DNA of 64,000 nt. Source: Raillietiella orientalis. Lineage: Eukaryota. The notes beneath the pieces are model-generated. The model searched no databases, had not been told where the DNA came from, and saw only the letters and a program-made list of their open reading frames with translations. Made by a program: the position numbers and the translations under genes. Positions 48,451-60,261 of this stretch are shown here, piece by piece; the stretch's first letter is position 1, and each line of letters begins with the position of its first letter. The stretch is taken from positions 2,294,001 through 2,358,000 of the forward strand of contig JAYWIR010000001.1 of the NCBI GenBank assembly GCA_036172245.1, given 5' to 3'.

Positions 48451-51400
48451 GAAAAATAGCAACTTCACGGCTTATCAAGAACAGAAATGGAGGAACCCTT
48501 GGCTTTACTAATATCTCCAGAAAGCTCTAGATAATATTTGCAATCTCTTAATGTCCTACAAGGAAACCAATATCCCGATGAATTTGGAAGAATGCTGGCT
48601 CCAAAATATTTCATAGGGAATGGTTTTCTTGGTTACTCTGGAGTGTCTTTCGGAAGTGGAAGAAAAGAAGACAGACGTTAAAGCATTAAAATGCAAAGTA
48701 TTGAAATATGCTGCTGTGGTTCCAAATCAGTGAGAAAGGATCTCCGAAGTGAAGGGACAAACCATTCTCAGATACAGACGGTGGAGTGATAGTGAGCCAC
48801 CAAGCTACAGATGCTGATTTCAAGAAGCGACCATGCCACCATCATAATCGAAATGAAGTCCACATGAAAGACGGAAGCTGCAGCCTCGGAGAAATCGAAA
48901 TCGCACGTGTGCGTAATCTTCGGCCTGCTATCAGTGATATTCACGCGAAACTTCTTGGTTTTCGTGTTTGGGACAGTCGACTGATGTTCAGTCGACTGAT
49001 ACTGAGCATCATCGCAAGAATGAACTGCTGCTGCATTATTTTAGAAGGTCTCTTGCTGATGCAGCGACGTCAGAATTTTGGAAACTGTACCCCGGGTCAA
49101 GTGATCCTTCTTATGGTATTTAAAGATGCTTTCAGGCGTCGCTCTGAAAAACTGCTTCGCTGCATGACGCCATGTCAAAGTCGCGTTGTCGTAGGACCCG
49201 GATCAGTGAGGCAATAGCAAGCGGTTTCCAAGAAGAAGAAAAATGCAGTTGAAAATCCCTCCGAATTCGCAAAATATTTTGTCAATATCCAACTTTGAAA
49301 CCTTAGCGCTTCTACAGCTTCTCCCATTCAAGAGGAATTCTTCCGAAAGAGATCACAGAATGTCGAGAATGCCTCTCCTGAGAAACATAATGAAAGACGC
49401 GAATCTGGCATCTAGGATCACTGAGCACGAAACAGAATTCTTTGTCAGTCCAGGGTGGATGGGAATCAAGAGGCTCGCTTCTCCTGCTGTGCGCGGCTGA
49501 TTTTGGGGGACTGCTAAGATCCTGGAGGAAAGCGGGTTGTTCTCCTGACGACGCCTTTCTAAGTGCATGGCTGGTGGATTCGGAAAAAGCGGTTTCGCCA
49601 TCTGTGAATTCTGCAGAAGCAGCCACGAGGAGCAAATTTTTTTTTTCTTCTGCTGCAACTCTTACCGCAACAGTCAGTCAACCATCTCCGTGTCGAAACA
49701 GCACAGGGCGAAGCCGAATCTGTGAAAGCGCGAAAGTGAATCGAGCATTTGGAATAATGATTGAAAGTGATCACCAAGGGAAATGTTGGCGAGGGAAAGG
49801 AGCCAGTGGCTGAGCTAGAATCAGACTAGAAATTGGCATGAATTTCTGTTCTCAGTAAAAGCTTAATACATTGTGGAACGAAAGGAACTCAAGACAAATT
49901 GTTTTTACCAATGGCGCAGATTTGGGGGAAAATGATGCAGTCATTTGAAACGTTCGATCTCTGGAACTGAATTAAGAGGATCCATTGGACAAAGTATTCC
50001 GGAAAGTTTTTCCCACAAGAAGCTGTTGAATTCTTGTGAAAAAATCAACTCTTGCATCCATCTAGCCCCAAGTGGTTTCATGGAAGAGTTATTTGTGAAC
50101 TCATCGATTAGTTCGTTAAATTGGAGTTGGTAGGTTTACGTCACATCAGCAGGACGACATCACTTTCCTCCGTCATAGCCATCTGTAGGCCCGTAAATTA
50201 AATGCTGATGAGAAGAAAATATGCCTGCTGCACGGAAAGGTGACTGATGACCAGCATTTGAATAAACTGAGAAATTTGAAAGTTCCGAGCGGTGAAAGGC
50301 GCAAAAGCACATTTGATGGAAGAATGAGATGGCTGTCTGAGAATATGAACGGTACTCTGGAATAGTACACATGGATACGCTCTTCATTTACGGGATTCTT
50401 CACCGGACTAAGGTCCCTTTTATCACACTGCTTTGTGTAGGACTCCACCTGTTGCAAGTTCATTCGAGAAAACAGAATATTTCGAAGGAGGCTGCTATCC
50501 GTGGACCAACACGAATCTTCTCCTGGAAAGGTTAGAAAGGCAACCAGTCCAGTGAAAGTCCAAAGTATCGAAATGCTGAGTTAGCAGGAGGAAAGGGAAG
50601 CTAGGGAAGGGTTGGTTTGATTTGGTTGGTTTGAAAGGGTTGGATTGCTACTCACACGGAACAGCTCCATTTCTCTTTTCCATCCAGCTAAGGTTAAATG
50701 CTAAACTCAATCGCAAGATATTCCAGGGAATCAATCCATCACAAATCCTCAAACCGATCTCCTCACGATGAATTCCAAGCAGTTGGATGAAGAGAGGAAT
50801 AGAGATTTCACAGATTACCAAGAATAGGATTGGCGAACAACTACAGCTGATTCAAGAAATGATGAAGATGATCGATTTTCCGTAATTGGATCTACGGAGG
50901 GTGCTTTCAAAAGGGAAGTTCGATTCAAGGAATATCGATGAAAGCCCTGGAGGTATCGTTAATGTCCCAGGGTAACAGTTTCGATCTTGCACTGAGAGCT
51001 GCTGCGAGCAAGTCTTAGTGAAACCCGGGAAACGCGCACTTCATCTCAAGAGTGAATGGCAAACCACACTTCCTGTGAGACGTCGATTCATCCTCAGAGT
51101 GTGGTTAGCCAGGCTAGAGTAGCAGCAACAGCTTGGGCAACGCCCGGAACTCGTGCTTGAGCGATTCTCTATTCCTGAGCATGGTATGCTACAGAGGATA
51201 TGATATATGATGCTCTACGAGATGGACCTCCGCATTTAGCATGTCATTCCAGACTTTGCAGCATTCGCTGAGCAGACTTTTTCGACTGGAGTAAGTCCTT
51301 GAAAAAGGCTGATGGAGGGCGAATCCGCAATCATTCCTGTCTTCTGAAAGAAAAGTAGCTTTACGCCTGGGGTGATTTCAGCCTTTCTAGAAAAAGTATA

Positions 51401-52129
51401 TGGGGACGCGCATCCCTGTTCCAGATCCTTCAGTTTGGAAAATGCTGGAGTGTACAAAGCCAAGAAAGGTCTCGCTCTCTTGAGCAAAATATAAATTAGG
51501 ATGTATTACATATGATAGTAACAATCGATATGTATTCAGCTGAGCTGGAGAGAGCTGCTTAGAAAGCCACGGAAACAGAAGGCTGAAAGAGATGGACAGT
51601 CCCGGAATAAGAGTCATTTCGCACTTTGAGTCACGTTGTTTTCCCGTGGGCTAAGTGTTGCTCATCTTCCTCATTCACGGAAAATTCCGTCCTCCACGAA
51701 AGGTCGCCATCATTTCCGTAGATGAACTCTAGAATGAATTGTCTATTGGCAGCTGATTGAAGAGTGAGAATTTTCGACCATTTCTCTCCAACAGCAATTT
51801 TGCAATGACATATTTTGGAGGAGGAAAGTATTAAAGGCTATGAATTCGTTACCTTCACGCCTTTCGTTGAATTCTTACAAAATGCTTTGCTGAATCTTCA
51901 CTGACTCTTCCCATACGGTTGAATATTATACATTAATTCATGTTCCATAAATTCTTGATGTTCATAAATCGAAGAATATCTCAAGCCATCTCTTATGACT
52001 ACAAATGTAATGTAAATTTGCAGGTGGCTATAAATAGATGTGAACACAAATACTAATGACGTAATACATATATTTATATATATTCAATAATGATTAATCA
52101 ATTAAGTGTACTTATATTGTGTAATGGAA

Positions 52130-54420
52130 GAAATAGCACGAAACATCCCTGCGAATAATGTGTTGGCGCGGAGAAACAGAGGCGGGATGGATGCCCGCTT
52201 TAATAGATCGACTGTCAGTGGCTGCTGTTGGATGCTGCAGGAACACAGGGAAACGCAATACGCCAAGCGCTCTGATGCAGCATGAATCCAGGATTACTGT
52301 TGCTTGCATAGAGAATGCCGCAAAAGAAGTTGAGAAAGGAACAACTTCCGGTTCATCACGCAAGCCGTTGCATGCACACAGCCACAACACGACATGCACC
52401 ATCTCCGCCGTTGGCAGGATTCACATCCCCCTTTCCCACCCACAGTGTCGCCGCTTGGTGGAGCGACTGTAAGAAAGACCTATTGCTGCGGCAGGGGAAG
52501 GAGAACCAACTCTGAGAATGCACCTATTTGTGGAGGCTCTCACAAACAGATTTCTTCGATTGAACTCTCAGTCATCGGAACGCTCCCGCAAATGAATTTG
52601 CCTCGTGGTCGCAACGTGCCTCAGATGGAGGAAGCTTCTTTTCCAGACCTTCTTTCTCTTGTCTTTCCCTCCAGTGGAAGAGGTGTGAGCAAGTAAAAAA
52701 ATTCCACAGATGTGCAAGGGAATCCCGCTCACGCCAAGCCGCCATCGTATGGAACACCCGGATGCAAGGCCCTTTTGTTGGCTTTCCATCACTACACATA
52801 GGCGGTGGGACTCCTTGGAAGCAACACGTAAGATTTCTTGGGCGCAGAACTTGAGGTCAGAAAACAGAAGGAAACCACCCATGGCTTCGCTCAGCTTTCC
52901 ACCCGGTTTCCTCGCAAGGGAGTTCATTCTATAAAAAATCAACAAGCTTGGAACACGCGACGTTCCTGAAACAATAGCAACAAGAAGAAGAAGTGCAATG
53001 GGAGGGTTCAGCGAAACACGTTGTTTGCTGAGGCAGTCCGAAGCGAAAGCGATAGGGACAACAAATCAACAAATAAAGGGAGGGTGGAGTCTTTGGTTTG
53101 AGTGGCTTCTTCTTGCTCATTGGCGGTGCAGAACTGCCGGCGATCTCTGACTCGACCCCTTCCTGTAGATGACGTCAACTCGAAGTCGCGCACATTTAGG
53201 TGACTGCTACATGGGTGAGCTCCCTCCGCTGCTGCCAGGACTCCAGCAGGTGGCGGGCTGTGACTATGGTGCGGACGCAGCTCAACGTTGCAATCACGGT
53301 GCTTTCCGGGACTCCGCGAAGAATCGCCGCATCAGTGTCCTTATTCTGGAGGATTGCTGGAGTCAACCTTTGCCAAAGTTCCTCGAGGGCAATGCGGTCC
53401 GAAGGCAGGTTCAGGAACGATTCGGTAGTTCCTCATCTCAAACAATCTGTGCCTGAGCTGACTGCACTGGAAATTCCAATGCAGAAACCTCAGGGAGTCT
53501 CGTTTTCACTTGAAGAGGAACACGGAAGTGTCCATGCGCAAAGATGGGAGAGCAAAATGCTCTTCGGGAAGGACACGCCCAGCTGCTCGCTTCTTCAAAG
53601 CAGTTTCTTCGCCCTATGACGTGAAGTGGCAGAGTCCACCAGCTCATACGCCATTCAGCCGCACAGAAGTTTGGTGCAGAAGTGCTTTACCCGGCCGGTC
53701 AACAGCTGTCGTTGAGGTTGACAGCGCTACGGGTAAGGGGTGTAGCGGACAGGCGGGACCACTTCATCGAGTCCCGAAGAACATTTCCTAGGGGAAGGCT
53801 GCAAAGGGAATGCAAGGCACGAATCATTTCTGGCCTACCTGCCGACGTGATAGTCTGGGTCACAAACGCCTCCTGCCTCCAGGCATTCGAGTTCATTGAG
53901 CGGCAGGGGTAGCTTCCGAGAGAGAGACAGTTTGCCTTGGCGAGAAGCCAAATCCCCCGCATCCCGCATCGGCAGCGCAGCAGCAGCGATAAGAGAACCC
54001 TTCGTTACCGGAGCGACCGGCCGAAGGATGGGACGCGCAGGCGCACACCACGAGGGAAGTCCACAACTTGGCACGCGGTTCCATCATTCGGGACTTTACC
54101 TGCAGTCCGACTTTTTCCAGGGTCAGGACGGCCAAGCCTGCATCCTGACCTGGCTTTACGCGACTGGACAGTTTAAAAATCACATGCTTCCTCCTACGAC
54201 GTGCAAAGAGAAACAGTCAAACGTGCGTGGGTGGAGCGCAGTACGAGTGCTCGCAATGCAGACAAACGCTCATGAGATCCACCAGACGGAAGCAAGAACA
54301 GGCAAATGCAAAACCTGAGGTCGCCCTCCCCAAGAAAACTGCACTCTACTATTCGCTAGAGAAACAAGCGCCACTCTGGGGCCTGCACGGTGTTTCGGGA
54401 TCGCTCCTGAAAGAATCACG
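52130..54420 (+). mobile_element. Ty3/gypsy RNase H-integrase relic interrupted by an L1-like insertion (52896-54180)
   Basis: NFRFIT/RKPL (cf. FxxxTDHKPL), HLRRW and FHHY..EATRKI before the LINE; VRGW..ECSQCRQT after it. These are the two halves of an integrase HHCC finger. Confidence 0.45.
52896..54180 (-). mobile_element. L1/Tx1-like LINE family 2, 3' fragment
   Basis: RAKLWTSLV...GGFG post-RT motifs, and STVIATLSCVRTIVTARHLLES homologous to the 22.4-22.6 kb copy. Degenerate AATGAA plus ccgggtggaaa terminus. Confidence 0.7.
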
Positions 54421-55281
54421 ATGATCTGGTCATCTCCTTCAGAAATCGACCTCCCACACTGATCTCTGGATTGCACTTCGAGCAGAAAAGGACTGTTGAA
54501 ACAGTGTGATTTCGGCTGGTACGTCATCATGTAATTTGTTGGGTATTGCTACGTCATTAACGGCACGAGAACAACGAATCCTGCAGAATCACCATTACTT
54601 AGGGCGTCCCTCTCAAGTGGAGCCAAGTCCATGTCTGTGACACAAACCCAGGTTTCGCTTCCTGACTTGGAAATAACCGAAAGTCAACTTAAACTCAGGG
54701 GTTCGATTGATCCCTCAGAGAAGATTGATGCTCATCCTTTAGGAGAGAAGGGCAGATGAGGTCGACAAAGATGGATGCAGAAACATCCGTTAAAAGAGTG
54801 CACCGTTTTCAGGCTTGTCCTCATAATGGCTCAAATTCTTCTGAGGAGGAAGATTAATAGACAAATTTCGCGCGTGTCTCCGGAATTATTTCCCAAACAG
54901 GAAACGACAAGGATCCCGCAGAAACTGTCTTAATTTTCTCCTTCCATCATTTTTGCATACTCGTGCGCCCATCAATAAAAATATCCCGAAGCAGGAAAGT
55001 TTTTAATTAAGAGAACAAAAGACAAATGGCGATTACCAGAATAAAGGAAGCGTAGTCGCGAGACCATGAAACGCCAGCAGTGCAATCGCAAGATCATCTA
55101 GCAAGCAACACAAAGGAAAAAATTTGCACATAGAGATCAGTAACGGACACACTTGACGGAGGAAGCTGGTGTCATGAGAGGGCAGTTCCACACAGACCAC
55201 GAGTGAAGCTTCTCCGAAGCGAAAGCGATTAGTCGCTTCTATGAGGAAACCGAAATCGTCTCGAAGCTGATGAGATCGGAA

Positions 55282-55943
55282 TTCTTTAAGATAGGGAGTA
55301 CCACCCTATGGATCCCGGAATGGCTCCGGAGAAGGGAGTCCGTTCCTTTCACGCCTAGGGAGGATTCCCCGAAGGGAGTCTCCACCCTGGTTGTCTCCGA
55401 AGGAAACCCCAAAGCAAAACTCCTTCCTTATTCTCTCCGGAGGGATCCCCGGAGGAGTCCGCTCCATTTTTTCTTTGAAGGAAACTCGGAAAGGAACCGC
55501 CATTAGGAATTCCTTCTCTGGAGGGAAGCTGCAAGGAAACCGCTCCTGTTTACTCCTCTGAGGGAACCCTGAAAGGATGCTTCCGAAAATTCTTAGAAGG
55601 GCGCTCTCCGAAGGGAGCGGCAGCCTTCCCTGCACTCTGGGAGATGCCACACGTACTCCATGGACCGCTGCTCTGCACAACCGGAGGGGAGCCCTGAAGC
55701 GCTCGTTGATTCCTGGAAGGACCCAGAGGTTGACTCCCATTGTCCCGGCTAATCATCGGGGACATCCGGTTTATCCGCTACCGGCACCGCACTCGAACGA
55801 ATGGAGGTCAACCAGCTTCATCTTGCAGGAGGAACTCGAACCCACGGCTCACCCCCATCTCTTGGCGTCGATTCTTGGCGAGTATTCGCACCTGCGACGC
55901 TTGGTGCCACGCGCGGAGACCGCAACCACATGGTCTCCGATGC
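55282..55943 (-). mobile_element. SINE family A, copy lacking the extreme 3' tail
   Basis: Head gcatcggagaccatgtggttgcggtctccg, two B-box-like motifs, central sub-repeat block. Confidence 0.85.
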
Positions 55944-55989
55944 GGCAAGACTGGGACGAATCCTTCCGACATGCAGCTCAGCGTTGCGG

Positions 55990-56520
55990 GAGCCTCAGGT
56001 TCATGGAAATAACAGGCGACTCTGGCAAAGACTTTTATCACTTGTACAAATGTACGCACGTGCCCGATACAGCTCATGATGCAGATGATCTGACAGCAAT
56101 GACGAATCCAATCTTCATCACCTGCAGTGATCATTCTGAAAGCATTGGTAAAGTGGAGCAGCAGTCTGTACTATTGTTCTTTCACGTAGAGAAGTCGAAG
56201 GAAGGTTCAACCAATCCGGAGGGCATTCGGAGTATGGGTACGTACCATTCTACTCAGATGAAGGTGATGTGGGTATCCAAACAGGATGAACCAAGAGCCA
56301 TTATTGCAGAGTCCAGAGTCGATCTGGACAATAGAACTTGCACACTGAACATGCTCCAGGGCAGGGTGAGGTGTGTTGATCTGGATGCTCACGGAGAGGC
56401 ATCCAGATCAAGGGAGGTAATATTCCTTGTCGGATACACATCGAGACACTTTTGATCCAGCGGAGAGTGTTGGAGGGTTGTCACGATCATCAACTCATCC
56501 AGTGACCTTCCGGCAATGTA
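55990..56520 (+). mobile_element. Non-LTR reverse transcriptase relic (possibly RLE/NeSL type)
   Basis: AHDADDLTAM (cf. LAFADDL), NLHHLQ, LFFHVEKSK (cf. LxFNxxK) and FDPAESVGGL (cf. P...GGLG), in the correct order. Confidence 0.45.
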
Positions 56521-56599
56521 TGAGGTCATGTGCACTTCTTAGAAGAGAAAAAAATTCTATATGCGTGGACAACTCTAAAGCAGGCGGAAACTGCTGCCT

Positions 56600-57142
56600 T
56601 AAGCGTCGCTCCGGAAGAACTGCTGGGGAAAGCTGCCAGGAATCCCTTCGGAGGAGGCGAAATGGCCCTAGCGTGTTGGAACACTGCTACCCTGCTTCTA
56701 TAGTGACAGGAGTCAGCGATATTCCTGTTGCATTGGGGACCTCCGGGGAACGCTTGCCGATACCATTGGACCCGGGAGAGTGGAAGCCTGACCTGCAGCG
56801 GTGCGGAGAAAGAGAGTACCTGCTGAGGGTCCTGAGAGCACCTGCTCATGGATTGTGTTGCTTCCTTCCTCTGTGGAAACGCTTTGCTGCATCCTTAACA
56901 GTCCTGAAACAACCCCAAAGCCATTCTGAAGAGCCTCTCTTCCTGCGCGACGCCCTCGCGCCGATCTCATCCCTAGCAGCACTGTGCTGCCTACGCTGCA
57001 GAGGAAAACCTTGCCGGCCTGCGCGCCGGTTTCTCGGCAGGTTCCTTCCTGTATATATATGTAACGTGGCAAAACCAAGCTTTCTGGCACTGAATTTTAT
57101 GTTCATTTACAAATAAACGCCCCGGAGCAATCGGGTGTTCAA
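56600..57142 (+). mobile_element. L1/Tx1-like LINE family 1, 3' fragment with internal deletion
   Basis: LLHWG...HWTR...CGERE..HLLMDC knuckle. UTR gccggcctgcgcgccgg..ggcaggttcc, AATAAA at 57112-57117, terminal hairpin. Confidence 0.8.
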
Positions 57143-57789
57143 CTCACGATCGTGCAAGACCGTCCAGCAGGAATGATGTGGAAGAGGTAATCAAGCGTGG
57201 AAAGAATTCTTCCCGTACACCTTAAACTGCTGTATCGGCAGCTGCAGTTCCATCACTTCAGGATGCGGGAGCGGGGTCGCTGGGAACAAGAGGGCTATCC
57301 GGAAACACTGGAAGCAATCCAAGCAGCCGGTGTCTGAGGTAGACTCCAAGCTCCGGCCCGAGATGGCTGATCACTAGTCAACCGATTGTCCAACCAACAA
57401 TCCCTCGCTTCCTTCCTAAACTTCGTTCTCCTCTCCTTATCTTCGGTTTCCTCATCTCCTGAGAGTCCAGAGAGCTCCCTCCCGACTCGGTGACGCCAGC
57501 TCAATCTTCTCGGTCAGGTCCAGGACGTGGTCACATCCCCTGCCTCCGTGAGAGCGATCCACCTTCGGCGCTCCTTCCTTCCTAGGGAGTTGAGCAGATT
57601 TCGGCAGATTCCTCGCACACTACGAAGGATTTGGCTGACGCTACTGAGAAGGTTGCTGCGGGAAAGGGGACAGGAATCTGTCCCGAAAACCATGACCTCC
57701 CTTCCATTCCTCTCTTGTCTCCTGCTGTCGCGTGGAGTCGCCTTCAAGGCCATATATGCCCTCTTCATGCTCTCCTTCTATCCCGGGAG

Positions 57790-58960
57790 CTGTCACCAGG
57801 GCATACAGGGTGTTTCTTTAATGAAAAAATAAACACTTAGGATTTATGTGGTAGAACCGGTGATCTAACCACACCCCACTTCAAAGAGAACCTGCAGGGT
57901 AGCCGGCGCGCAGACCAGTGAGGTCCACCGCTGCAGCGGAGGGAAGGGGGAAACAAAAGCAAAAGTAAATTCATAAATAAAGAAAATTTGGGAGGGGACG
58001 GGGAGGAGTCACGTCCTGCTGGAGGCGGGCCTCCGCATCCGTTGAAGTATGCCAGCAAGACCTTCCTGGATGCTGTTTTTCAGGTGGAGCCATTTTGCTG
58101 CATCCTCATGAGTCGGAAGGCGAAGTGGATGTGGCACCCCTGTCGCTCGATCCTCATCTTGCGCCTCTCCAGGCGGCTACAACCCCGTGTAAGCGGCAGA
58201 AACCTGCTGGCGAGACTGCTGGCCGGAGAGCGTCGCGTAACAAGAGGAGTCGTAAAGCGTCCCTGGAGTTGCTTCCGGGAGCTTCTATGTCCCTGGCGGA
58301 GAGTCCCTAGAAAGGCCGGAGGGCAAGGCAATCTACAAGAAGATACATGAGGGATTCGCACTCCTCCGGATCCAGTGATGCTTGCAAACGTTGCACGGGA
58401 GACCCGGTGCATCAATGCCGACTCCTCTTACTTCAATGGGAGCGTGAGTCTGCCCAAGAGCACTGGAAGCCACTGCAGGTCTTCCTTCGAAATACTCCAG
58501 CGCAAGAGTCCTCGAGTGGGCACTCGGGGTCCCAGAGTCCAAAATCCAGCCGTTGTCCACCTACTCAGTCCTCTTCCCCTGCCGATTTCCATAGTAAAGG
58601 AAGGCCGGAGATCTTGATGGAAGGTTACTGCCCGTGTGCTTCCTCAGGAAAGACAGCTTTGCAGCGAGAGAGATCCCTCCCGCCCACGCACTATTTTCGG
58701 GATGTTCGATGATCCTGGAGCTAGGGTTGTTATAGCAACAGTGCAGCATTCGCTGTTCCGGGAGTCGCTTGCTGTTCTTCGCCCACATGCGGACGGATTT
58801 CTGCAGCCAAGATGCTACCGTCCGCGGGCAGCAGATGCAGAGAATGTTGCTCCTGCTGAGCGCAGCCATCAGGCGGAGATGCAGCTCGCAGTGAGGAAGG
58901 CTGCGTCGTCGAGGCGCTCAGGGAAGGACGCTAGTCCCGCGTCGCCGGCTGTCTGCTGGG
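57790..58960 (-). mobile_element. L1/Tx1-like LINE family 1, 3' fragment
   Basis: LAAKLSFLRKHTGS, GLPC..HHW..ESLMYLLVDCLALRP, ORF end and structured UTR homologous to the other copies. Confidence 0.8.
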
Positions 58961-59629
58961 CGATGAGGTGAGCAAGCTCGCACCAGGTAGCGCTCCACGA
59001 CCATTCGCCACGAACTTAGAGCTACTGCGGATCCATTTGCTCTAGCGTCAGAAGACCGAGGTTGCCGCCGCTGTGCGGACGCTTCCATCCCAAGAAGGTC
59101 GGAGGGTGGCGTCGCCGCGAGCGCGCGTAGCTGTGGGCGGACCTCTGGCGGAATCCCCTTGTCCCCGTCGTGGGCGCGGTCAGAGGCGTGCCTGGAGAGA
59201 GAGAGAGAGGAGGAGGAGGAGAAACGAGATCACCGCATGCCTGTCCACCCGAGCGAGCATTCGCACAGGCTGGTGCTCGGACGGAGGAAGCTCTGGGTCG
59301 ACTGGTGTCGTCTTTGTCGCTCTTGAGCGTCCCGTTGAGCAGAGAACTCGTTCCTCGGGCTCTTGCTGCGCATCTTCTTGCAAAGGAGTAGGCAGACAAA
59401 ACGGGTCTGTTGTATGGTCGACCGGGACGATCTCCCTCTTTCCGGACGGGTGACGTCATTAGCGAAGGGCAGGATCACCTCGAAAACGACCAACACTCTC
59501 GGGCGTCCGTCGGGTCCGACTTTGCAAGGAAGGGAGTCTTTGTGGGACCCGAGAACTAGGCCTGCAGTACGAAAGAAGGGGAGAAAGGGAGCAGAAAGAC
59601 TGGTATGACCCTCATGCACTCAAACATTG

Positions 59630-60250
59630 TTTTTTTCTTTTGGTTCGCTGCGCGCCTGGTGGCCCGCGAAGCTCTTCAGCGCTGTCCACCCCACAAAGGG
59701 TGCGTTTCACCTCATTCATAGGCAGTATCCTATGAATCCGGTGAGGGCACTGAAGGAAGAATAGTCCGTTCCTTCCACGCCTGGGAGAGAACTCCAAAGA
59801 GAATCTCCTCTTTCCTATTCTCTCCGGAAGATTTCTTCTCCGTAGGGAACCCGCAAGCGAACCGCCCCTGTTTCCTCCTCCTCTGAAGAGAACCCCGAAT
59901 TTTCGCTTCCCGATTTTCTCGGAAAGATCGCTCTAGGAAGGGAGTAGCGCACTTCCTGACGCTCTGGGAAGGCATAGTCCATCCTTAAGCTCCGTAGTAC
60001 GAGGCTGACGGCTCCATTTGGACAGCCGGAGGGCAACCACGAAGGGACCCCTGGATTCCTGGAAGGACTGCGGAGGGTCTAATTCCAATCCCAGTTGGTC
60101 AGTGGAGTCATCTGGTTCCCGGCGCTTTCATCAGATCTCCAACCAGCTTCATCTTGTGGAAGGAAACGGAACACGCGACGCGCCAATTTCTCTGGCGGCG
60201 ATGATTCTCCCGGTGGGATTCGAACCCGCGACGCTAGGCAGTGACGCGGA
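59630..60250 (-). mobile_element. SINE family A, copy 1 of a tandem pair
   Basis: T tract at 59630-59641, tail, body and B box gcgggttcgaatccc (minus strand, ~60215-60229). Confidence 0.8.
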
Positions 60251-60261
60251 CGAATTGGAAA

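Noticed and set aside
55577..56455. 292-aa ORF (and 378-aa ORF 60018..61154) as real genes
   Set aside because: Chance open frames through antisense SINE sequence and a decayed RT.
12113..57142. Sequence-specific targeting by the Tx1-like LINEs
   Set aside because: The eight visible 3' flanks share no common target sequence.
58330..58620. R2-like element suggested by a CxxC...H pattern
   Set aside because: Another frame aligns with the L1/Tx1 family 1 C-terminus seen in the other copies.
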